From assembly GCA_963735055.1 (NCBI GenBank), contig CAVTJN010000007.1:14761-78760 (forward strand): a stretch of 64,000 nucleotides of DNA, given 5' to 3'. Below, one piece after another: positions 19,909 through 28,640 of this stretch. Both the position numbers and the translations under genes were made by a program. Under the pieces are notes generated by a model that saw only the letters and a list, made by a program, of their open reading frames with translations, ran no database searches and was not told where the DNA came from. The stretch comes from an uncultured Chloroflexia bacterium (GTDB taxonomy: Bacteria; Chloroflexota; Dehalococcoidia; Dehalococcoidales; UBA2162). How positions within the stretch are numbered: the stretch's first letter is position 1; every line of letters begins with the position of its first letter.

Positions 19909-21252
19909 ATGAAGAAGAAGATTTCCACCATTTTCGCGTTTTTGATGATTGTCGTTCTCGTTGCCGGCTGCGCGGCGCCCTCCACCACCCCTCAGGCTGT
20001 TGAACCGACCCAGGCTCCTGCGGCAACCACGGCCCCAGCAAAAACTGACGTGACCCTCACCTATCTGGTTAGCCAGGGCTGGGCCCCCGATGCCGAAATG
20101 GCGCTCGCACAACAGTTTACAGAGAAAACCGGCATTAAAATTGACTACCAGGTTATCCCATCCGATCAATACTTCAACGTCTTGAAGACAAAACTCAATT
20201 CCGGCGAAGGGCCGGACCTCTTCGGCGGGCAAAGTGGCAAGACTGACCTGGTGGTGAACTACGACGTTGAAAAGAACGCTGTGGATTTGTCCGCTGAACC
20301 ATGGGTCAAGACGGAAGACCCACAAGTTCTCGATCAATCCACGGTCAACGGCAAAGTGTATGGCCAGACGGTCTGGAATACTCTCGGCACGACCTGGGTG
20401 ATCAACTACAATAAGGATATCTTTGCCAAGTTAAACCTGAGCGTACCAACCACCTTCGCAGAACTCAAATCTGCCTGCGAGAAAATTAAAGCGGACGGTA
20501 TCATCCCCATCTACGAGCCAATGGCCGACGGATGGCACCAGGTCTTATGGTTCGCGGAATTAGGCGTCCAGATCGAGAATGTTGCTCCCGGAACAGCCGA
20601 AAAGTTGAACACCAACAAGACCACCTTTGCCGAAGACCCAACCGCACTGCTGATCCTAACTCAATACAAGGATCTGTATGACTCCGGTTGCTACGGGGAT
20701 AACGCACTATCTGATGCGGTAGCCGACCAGACCAAAACGATCTCCTCGGGCGCAGCAGCCATGACCGTCGCCAATCTGACCTTCGCTCAGCAGGTGAAGC
20801 ACGATTATCCAGAATTCAATCAAGATAGCCTGGGTGTCTTCATCATTCCACTGGCCGATAATCAGGTCTTGAACGCCAATCCCGCTGGACCCACCAAGTT
20901 CATCTGGAAAGGGTCAAAGCATATTCCGGAGGCGGTTCAGTTTTTAGACTTCCTCGCGCAACCCGACAGTCTGCAATACCGGGTCGATAACGATCCCAAC
21001 AGCCCGACCCTGCCATTCCCTGGAATCAAGAGCAAACTGCTTCCTTCTCAGCAAGCCTTCCTGGATGCCAGCATAAAGCGGGGTGTGGTTTACCAGACCG
21101 CAGTGAAATATGTAAATCCACAATGGATGGATATGGGGAAGGATATCGTGGCCATGTTCACCGGCACTGGAACTCCGCAACAATTCCTGGCCAACATCGA
21201 TAAGCGCCGCGCCGAAGAGGCCAAAGCTGCCAAGGATCCTAACTGGCAGTAG
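19909..21252 (+). CDS. ABC sugar transporter, extracellular solute-binding lipoprotein
   Basis: MKKKISTIFAFLMIVVLVAGC lipobox, followed by a T/P/A-rich linker and a family-1 SBP-like body. The ORF call 19774 has an implausible N-terminal extension. Confidence 0.85.
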   Translation: MKKKISTIFAFLMIVVLVAGCAAPSTTPQAVEPTQAPAATTAPAKTDVTLTYLVSQGWAPDAEMALAQQFTEKTGIKIDYQVIPSDQYFNVLKTKLNSGEGPDLFGGQSGKTDLVVNYDVEKNAVDLSAEPWVKTEDPQVLDQSTVNGKVYGQTVWNTLGTTWVINYNKDIFAKLNLSVPTTFAELKSACEKIKADGIIPIYEPMADGWHQVLWFAELGVQIENVAPGTAEKLNTNKTTFAEDPTALLILTQYKDLYDSGCYGDNALSDAVADQTKTISSGAAAMTVANLTFAQQVKHDYPEFNQDSLGVFIIPLADNQVLNANPAGPTKFIWKGSKHIPEAVQFLDFLAQPDSLQYRVDNDPNSPTLPFPGIKSKLLPSQQAFLDASIKRGVVYQTAVKYVNPQWMDMGKDIVAMFTGTGTPQQFLANIDKRRAEEAKAAKDPNWQ

Positions 21253-21364
21253 CAAGACTGGTTTTCGTTGTGACCGAATAACCTACTGAGATATCTTAGT
21301 ACGGCTCCCAACCCAGGATGTCCGAGCATCCTGGGTTGGGATCTCAGAAAAAGGGATTTATCCC

Positions 21365-22243
21365 GTGAATCATCGAAATCGTTATCCCTTCTATTTTGTT
21401 CTTGGCGCCCTCAGTTTATACCTGGTGTTTTCGATCATCCCAGGTATATCCGGGATCCTCTACTCATTTACGGACTGGAGCGGATATACCACCCAAATTA
21501 AATTTATCGGATTGGAAAACTTCAAGACAATTTTCTCGGCAAGTGAAAATTATCTGCTTTTCATAAAAAACACCTTCATATTTACGATCATCACCATCGT
21601 TCTAAAGACAGTCTTTGGTCTGGCTCTGGCGTTGATCTTAACTGAAGGGGTCAAACGCTTCGCATATTTTTATCGGATGATGATTTACCTGCCTGTTGTT
21701 TTACCGTCCCTGGCAGTTGCGCTTATTTTCCGGTCGATTTTAAACCCGGCCACAGGCCTGCTCAACACAACCTTGCGCGCGATCGGATTGGGGATGCTGG
21801 CCCAGAAATGGCTGGTTGACCCGCATATTGCGCTATATTCGGTGGTCGGGGTCGACACCTGGCAAGGGGTGGGATATATCATGGTCATCCTGATCGCCGG
21901 CCTTCAATCCATCCCTCGAGAATATTATGAGGCCGCCGATGTGGATGGAGCCGGTTTTTGGTCAAAGCTTTTCTGGATTACCCTGCCATTGATGATGCCT
22001 GCCATCATCATCGTCACCATTTTGAATTTGCTGTACGCATTAAGGGTGTTTGATATTGTATACGCCCTGACGAATGGCGGTCCGGGTTATGCCACGGATG
22101 TAATCTTCACTGCCGTATTTAAGGCTTTTAGCCAGGGGCAATGGGGCCTCGGCACAGCCTTTTCCAGCCTTTTGTTCGTGTTCATGTCTGTGCTGGGTTA
22201 TTTTGTGATTCGATTACTGGATCGCGGACAAGCCATAGAATGA
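21365..22243 (+). CDS. ABC sugar transporter permease (MalF/UgpA-like)
   Basis: Intact 292 aa, six TM segments, EAA-type loop YYEAADVDGAGFWSKLFWITLP. Confidence 0.9.
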   Translation: MNHRNRYPFYFVLGALSLYLVFSIIPGISGILYSFTDWSGYTTQIKFIGLENFKTIFSASENYLLFIKNTFIFTIITIVLKTVFGLALALILTEGVKRFAYFYRMMIYLPVVLPSLAVALIFRSILNPATGLLNTTLRAIGLGMLAQKWLVDPHIALYSVVGVDTWQGVGYIMVILIAGLQSIPREYYEAADVDGAGFWSKLFWITLPLMMPAIIIVTILNLLYALRVFDIVYALTNGGPGYATDVIFTAVFKAFSQGQWGLGTAFSSLLFVFMSVLGYFVIRLLDRGQAIE

Positions 22244-22257
22244 GGAGATCTTGACCT

Positions 22258-23079
22258 ATGCTAACGAAAAGGTTCAAAAACTTAGGAGCCCATGCATTGG
22301 CCATTATTGCTTGTCTGATCATGGTTATTCCATTCTATTTGATAGTGACCAATTCCTTCAAAACAAGGGCTGATGCGAGTTCGATGAGTGCTGCATTACC
22401 TGCTGCGCTGCATCCTGAAAACTTTTCTACCGTGATTTCAGCGGGCAAACTGGTGGTAAGTTTTATTAACAGCATGTTATACGCTTCTTGCTCAACAATC
22501 ATCGGGACACTTTTTGCGGCTATGGCCGCCTTCGTCCTTTCGCGCGATCGATCTCGCTTCAATCGCTTTCTGTATTTTTTTATCATTTTGGGAATTGCTC
22601 TGCCAGCCAACTATTTTACTTTGACCAAGGTTATGCAAATCACCGATCTCATTAACACAAAGGTAGGCATCATCCTTCTTTATGCCGCCGGGCAAATTCC
22701 CTTCGGGGTTTTCCTCATCTATGGGTTTCTCGATACGGTACCAAGAGAACTTGACGAGGCCGCCATTATGGATGGATGTGCGCCGCTCCAGCTCTTTTTC
22801 CAGATCATCATCCCCATGCTAACGCCGGTGCTGGTCACCGCTGCCGTCTTGTCTTTTTTAGGCGCCTGGAGCAACTTCATCATGCCGCTCTATTATCTAA
22901 ACAATTCTGCCAATTGGCCAATGACCCTGTCTGTGTACAACTTCTTCGGACAGTATCAAGCGAATTGGAACCTGGTATCGGCGGATATTTTATTGACTGT
23001 ACTACCGGTAATTGTGGTTTATTTATTTGCCCAGCGCTACATTCTCTCAGGAATCACTGCAGGAGCTGTCAAGGGGTAA
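22258..23079 (+). CDS. ABC sugar transporter permease (MalG/UgpE-like)
   Basis: Intact 273 aa with EAA loop LDEAAIMDGCAPLQLFFQIIIP. Confidence 0.9.
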   Translation: MLTKRFKNLGAHALAIIACLIMVIPFYLIVTNSFKTRADASSMSAALPAALHPENFSTVISAGKLVVSFINSMLYASCSTIIGTLFAAMAAFVLSRDRSRFNRFLYFFIILGIALPANYFTLTKVMQITDLINTKVGIILLYAAGQIPFGVFLIYGFLDTVPRELDEAAIMDGCAPLQLFFQIIIPMLTPVLVTAAVLSFLGAWSNFIMPLYYLNNSANWPMTLSVYNFFGQYQANWNLVSADILLTVLPVIVVYLFAQRYILSGITAGAVKG

Positions 23080-23096
23080 CCCTTGGATCAAGTTAT

Positions 23097-25538
23097 ATGA
23101 AACTATTAACTTACACTGCCCAACCAAACGGCCTCCGGCTTGAGACCTCGCAAGGTCTTTTCGACCTGACTGCCTATTCTCCGAACATCATTCGGATCCG
23201 GTACACACTTCAACCGATATTCTCGCCCGTTAAAAGCCTGACGGTTATCGCCGAAGCGCAAAACCCGGTGGATGTTTCCATTCAAGAAACTACCGAGGCG
23301 CTCTTTTTTTCGACCACGCAACTATCCATTCAGATTAACCGCAATACGCTGGCATTCACGTACCGGGATTCACATGGCCAAATTCTTACCCGCGAGCCCG
23401 ACCGGGGCGGCAAGACACTCATGCCAGTGGATGTGATTAAATTCATTCCGGGCGAGGAAAATGGCATTGATAACGAAGTGGGAGCGGATGGATTAAGAAC
23501 CTCCGCCAGCGCCTTTAAGGAGGTGGTCGACCGCAAGGCCTACCACACCAAACTGGAATTCGAATGGGCAGACGGCGAGGCGCTCTATGGTCTCGGCTCC
23601 CACGAAGAAGGGATGTTCAACCTGCGCGGGCAGCACCAGTATCTGTACCAGCAAAACATGAAGGCCGTGGTGCCGGTGCTGGTTTCCACGCGCGGTTATG
23701 GGATCATCCTGGATAGCTGTTCGTTGATGACATTCCACGACGATGCCTTTGGCTCCTACCTGTGGAGCGACGTGGACGACGAACTGGATTATTATTTCAT
23801 CTACGGCCCGGAATTCGATCAGATCGTCCACGAAATCCGCGCGCTGACCGGCCATTCGCCGATGCTGCCCAAATGGGCCTTTGGGTATATCCAGTCCAAA
23901 GAGCGCTACGTGACCCAGGATGAACTGCTCAGCATTGTACGCGAGTACCGCCGGCGCGAGCTGCCGCTGGACTGCATCGTGCTGGACTGGAAGTCGTGGA
24001 CCGGCGATTTGTGGGGCCAAAAGACACTTGACCCGGAGCGGTTCCCCAACCCCAGCCAGATGACCGCCGACCTGCACGCGCTTAACGCCCGCCTGATGAT
24101 CTCCATCTGGCCGATTATGCGCCCGGGCGGCTCAAACTGGCAGGAGATGAAAGATCATGGTCACCTGCTCGGCAATCAGGCCACCTACAATGCTTTCAGC
24201 GCAGCGGCGCGCGCCTGTTATTGGGAGCAGGCCAACCAGGGTTTGTTCTCTCACGGCATCGATGCCTGGTGGTGCGACTGCACGGAACCTTTCGAGGCCG
24301 ATTGGAAAGGGGCCGTCAAGCCCGAGCCGGAAGAACGCCTGCGGATCAATACCGAGGAAGCCAAACGCTACCTCGATCCTGAATTCATCAACGCTTATTC
24401 ACTGCTGCATTCACAAGGCATCTACGAAGGGCAGCGCCGGGTCACCCGTGAAAAGCGGGTGATCAACCTGACCCGCTCGGCTTACCTGGGCCAGCAGCGC
24501 TACGCCACCATCACCTGGTCCGGGGATACTGCCGCCCGCTGGGAAACGCTCCGCCGCCAGATTGCCGATGGGCTCAACTTCTGCGCGACGGGCATGCCCT
24601 ACTGGACGATGGATATTGGCGCATTCTTCGTCAAGCGCAAGCCGGAGCTGTGGTTCTGGAGCGGCGATTATGACGAGGGGGTAGACGACCTGGGCTACCG
24701 CGAGCTGTTTGTGCGCTGGTTCCAGTACGGGGCCTTCCTGCCCATGTTCCGCTCCCACGGCACCGATACGCCGCGCGAGATCTGGCGATTTGGCGAGCCG
24801 GGCGAACCGTTCTATGAGGCACTGGTCAGCGCTCTGCGCCTGCGCTACCGGCTGCTGCCCTACATCTATTCCCTGGCGGGCTGGACCACCCAACACGATT
24901 ACACCATGCTGCGCGCCTTGCCGTTTGATTTCCGCTCCGACCCGGCCACCTATGATATCCGTGACCAGTTTATGTTCGGACCGGCGCTGATGGTCAACCC
25001 GGTCACCCGGCCCATGCTGTATGACGTGGGATCGCAGCCCCTCGATGGCATTCCACAAACGCGCCCGGTCTACCTGCCCGCCGGCGTCGATTGGTATGAC
25101 TTCTGGACCGGGCAAAAATATTCTGGCGGTCAAACGATCCAGGCAGATGCGCCCATCAGCCGGTTGCCGCTCTATGTGCGCTGCCGGATCCATCCTGCCG
25201 ATGGGCCCGGTCCGCCAGCATGTGAATGATCTGCCCGAAGCGCCTGTCGAACTGCATATCTTCCCCGGTCAGGATGGATCATTCGAGCTTTACGAGGATG
25301 AAGGCGACCAATATAATTACGAAGACGGCGCGTTTTCGACGATCGATATCCACTGGCAAGATGCCGAGAGACAGCTGACATTGGGGGCGCGTAAAGGGAA
25401 GTACGCCGGAATGCCTGAACGACGAGACATTTGAGATTATTCTCCATGATGCGGAAACCCTCCAGCATGGCACATCCCAGGTCGGATCGAATCGAAACGG
25501 TTCACTACTACGGCCAACCGGTTGTGATAAAGTTATAA
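23097..25538 (+). pseudogene. GH31 alpha-glycosidase (alpha-xylosidase-like), frameshifts in the last ~350 nt
   Basis: Starts MKLLTYTAQPNG at ATG 23097. Carries GIDAWWCDCTEPFE (nucleophile region) and WSGDTAARWETLR, MFRSHG. The C-terminus continues in other frames (AGSILPMGPVRQHV..ELHIFPGQDGSFELYEDEGD, then VHYYGQPVVIKL with stop 25536-25538). Confidence 0.85.
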
Positions 25539-25574
25539 AGCAACTCATCCTTCGCTTGAAAGGGTATCACATCA

Positions 25575-26631
25575 GTGGAAAAGCGATCGAAACTCAAAAA
25601 GATGACCATTGTTGATATTGCGAAGGCCAGCGGTGTTTCGATCGCCACGGTTTCCCGCATTCTTAACAATAAACCGGATGTGGCTGACGAGACGCGCCAG
25701 CGTGTTTTACAGTTAATGGATGAACAGAGATTTACTCCCCAGACTGGCCTGGCAGCAGCTCCGTTCAGGTAAAAGCCATTTCATCGCCTTGCATTATCCG
25801 CAAGATTTTAACCCACCTGAACAGAACATCATCACCAGCGCGGCGATGAGTTGCGAGGATGCCGGCTATTCCCTCAACCTGATCGTGAACGCATTGAGTG
25901 ATAACGAACTGCTCTCGATCTTCCGCAGTGGACAGGCGGACGGCATCATCTTAATGGAAATCCTGACCCACGACCGCCGGGTACAACTCTTACAGGAGCA
26001 CGACCTGCCATTTGTCATGATCGGTCGCTGTGCCGATAATACAGGCTTAAGCTACGTTGACATCGATATTGGAAAAGGGGTCGCTGACGCTATTCAGTAC
26101 CTGCATGCGCTTGGTCACCGGGAAATTGGTTTCATCACGCTGGCCCCTGTGCGTCAAGAGAAGGAATATGGTTATGCCACCTGGGCGCTGCAAGGCTATG
26201 AAAAAGCCTGCCAGCAGTATGGGCTGCCCATTTTGTGGCGAACGGTTGACCTGAAGAACGATAGCACCGAATCCGTGGTGCTCAGCTTGTTTACCGATCA
26301 TCCGGGCATGACCGCCATCGTCGCCCCTCAGGAAATTGGCGTCCCGGGGCTGCTCAAAGCAATCCAGGCAAGGGGTCTGCGCATTCCAGAGGATTTATCC
26401 GTCGTTGCGATGTTCAACGACTCGATGAGTGAACTCATCACGCCACCCCTGTCCACCATCTCCTTCCCGGCCCACGATATGGGCTACCAGGCTGCCCGCA
26501 TCCTGATCGGTCACATGACCGGCGAGCTGACTGGTCCTCAGCAGGTGCTGCTGCGCCCCGAGTTGATTATCCGCCGCAGCACCGGGCCGGCGAGGATGGC
26601 TGATCCCGCCCGGGTGAAGGGTATAGAATAG
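25575..26631 (+). pseudogene. second LacI-family regulator, frameshift in C-run 25737-25740
   Basis: HTH MTIVDIAKASGVSIATVSRILNNKP in ORF 25575..25772. The sugar-binding core is in ORF 25720..26631. Removing one C from cccc joins ..RFTP to RLAWQQLRSGKS. Confidence 0.8.
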
Positions 26632-26980
26632 CCGAGTTTCAACTTATTCCTTAGCCACGTGATGATCCTCTGGCTGTCATCCAGACAAATGCATTCGCTG
26701 TTTTACTGGGGCGACCATTCTTGGGAAATACCTCGCCGCCGTGTAACCAAGTGTTGTACATGCTGGCAAAGGCTTGGGCGTTTGCCCGATCGGATTGGTT
26801 GGGGTCAGACCTCTCGTGTTTTCAAACACTCACGTTTAACCTTCACAGAACGAAACCTTAAGCTACAATCTGGGTAACAAACTAACCAACCTCTTGCTTT
26901 CGGGCCAGCTTGAACCGCTGCTCGTTGGGCTGGTACAAAATGACGAGTTTTATGGTGAAAGGTTGCGGAGACGGGTTTCC

Positions 26981-27023
26981 GCTCATTACCCGGAGGTCAG
27001 TGGTTCGAATCCAACCCCCGCTA
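26981..27023 (+). other. 3' fragment of an initiator-type tRNA-Met (anticodon loop to acceptor 3' strand), no 5' half
   Basis: gctcattacccggaggtcagtggttcgaatccaacccccgcta parallels the bacterial tRNA-fMet 3' half (gctcataacccgaaggtcgtcggttcaaatccggcccccgca). The upstream sequence cannot form the acceptor, D or anticodon stems. Confidence 0.5.
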
Positions 27024-27416
27024 CTATGATCTGGGAAACCAGGTCTATTGTTTTAAGGTCGTTGGGTGGAGGTAGATTCTTCAGCCGGCAGATTTTACCT
27101 TCTCGATTTAATTCATTAGCCTGCCATTTTACCAGATTGGCTTGTGATTTGAGTTATCCCACATGAACTGTGAATGGATCGAAACCAAAGTCCAGAAAGA
27201 ACCACCCACTGAAGAAGTCGACAAATAGGGCCACGCGTTTTAAACGGAGTTCTCATCTCCTGTCAAAGTGGCAGTAATTTCTACGTTTGCTGGTGGCCGA
27301 CGGGAAGAAACATTCGATTACCTACAAATACCCGTCGGCCACCTATTTGAAACCACAAGGCACTCACCTCCTACACCTAAGATTGATAGGAGTGAGGCAC
27401 TGAGGGTCAATGCGAC

Positions 27417-28415
27417 CTAGTCGTGCGCACCAGAGATATGAGAAATCTTCCAGATCTCACCACCCAAGGTGATCACGTATGCGGTGTTCCCAATGAACTC
27501 GAGCGAGGTCGGTTGGTTCAGACCGTCGACGATCACGTTGAAGGTACCATCGTCGTTGACTTTAACAAGCGAGCCGGTGTTTGGCTCTGCCGGTGTACCC
27601 TCATAGGGACCATTCCAAAAGCCCTGTGCCAGGCCATATAGGCCGCGACCCTGCCCAAATTCCACATCGACCAATAGAGGAGCACCCGCCGCTACTTGAG
27701 TTGTAGCCGTTGATCCCTCCCTGAATGAGACGATTTTGCCATTCTCCGGCAAGTGCGGGATGGGACCGGCTTCAGCTATGTAAATCGTATTGCCCTTTAA
27801 TGCCAGCCCGGTATTGACGAGGTCGCCGAATTGAAACAACTGAGTGATCTTGCCATCCAAACCGACTTTCAATAAGCGGTTATGGTGCGCGTCGTTGACT
27901 AGAAACCCGCCTCGATAAGGCTGCATTGCGTACTGAACGCCGGTCGGAGTATCGTAGCTGGTAGTGGGCGGAGGTGGGTTATCGATAGACCATTGGCCGA
28001 TATCTGCAATTACTGTGAAACTGTGAGGGCTATCTACCCGGTAGATGCCGACCACGCTATTACCTCCCCAATCTGAGCCAACCAGGGTGACCAACACATA
28101 AGCGGTCTGGCCAATAAAGGCAACATCCATCGCGCCACCCATGCCCAGGATAGGGAGCCACTTCGGCAGGCCGCTGGCGAACGTCGAGACCCGTCCGGTC
28201 TCCGGATTGACCCGTAGCACCCGGCCGGCCGCACCTTCGGTGACATAAAGAGCACCATCGGGGCCGATCGTGCTGCCAGAACCGCTCTGCATGCCCGTGA
28301 CTAACAGGGTCGCGCTAGGCCCCCGGGATTGAATTGGCGCTGCATATACACTCCCATTGCCAAGGGCGAGAATGCAGCTCAAGACAAGAACTAACATCAA
28401 ATATTTCCTGATCAT
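27417..28415 (-). CDS. secreted beta-propeller protein (ScyD/ScyE- or NHL-repeat-like)
   Basis: Intact 332 aa with signal peptide MIRKYLMLVLVLSCILALGNGSVYA and repeated GPDGALYVT / G.IYRV / GNTIYIAE blades. Confidence 0.6.
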   Translation of the reverse strand: MIRKYLMLVLVLSCILALGNGSVYAAPIQSRGPSATLLVTGMQSGSGSTIGPDGALYVTEGAAGRVLRVNPETGRVSTFASGLPKWLPILGMGGAMDVAFIGQTAYVLVTLVGSDWGGNSVVGIYRVDSPHSFTVIADIGQWSIDNPPPPTTSYDTPTGVQYAMQPYRGGFLVNDAHHNRLLKVGLDGKITQLFQFGDLVNTGLALKGNTIYIAEAGPIPHLPENGKIVSFREGSTATTQVAAGAPLLVDVEFGQGRGLYGLAQGFWNGPYEGTPAEPNTGSLVKVNDDGTFNVIVDGLNQPTSLEFIGNTAYVITLGGEIWKISHISGAHD

Positions 28416-28640
28416 ATCATTTCTCCTTACGAGTGAGTATTCATCTCAGACTGAGATGGTGAACTTATTCCAAAGTATAGGATGGAGATAATGCGAATTG
28501 CAATTGCGATTTTTGCGAATCACTCTCGCAGTTTGATTTTCCAATCCGGATAAAGTTTGAACTGTTGATATATAATCAATATCAAGTGTGGCTATGATCT
28601 TTATTGTTAGAAAACGTTATGGAAATAGTTCTTTTCGTAT

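Noticed and set aside
22776-23096. N-terminal 107 codons of ORF 22776..25229
   Set aside because: This extension overlaps the permease gene in another frame. The GH31 sequence begins at ATG 23097 (MKLLTYTAQPNG).
26894-27166. 90-aa ORF covering the tRNA-fMet-like fragment
   Set aside because: Same reasoning: the region is better explained as a tRNA scar plus non-coding DNA.
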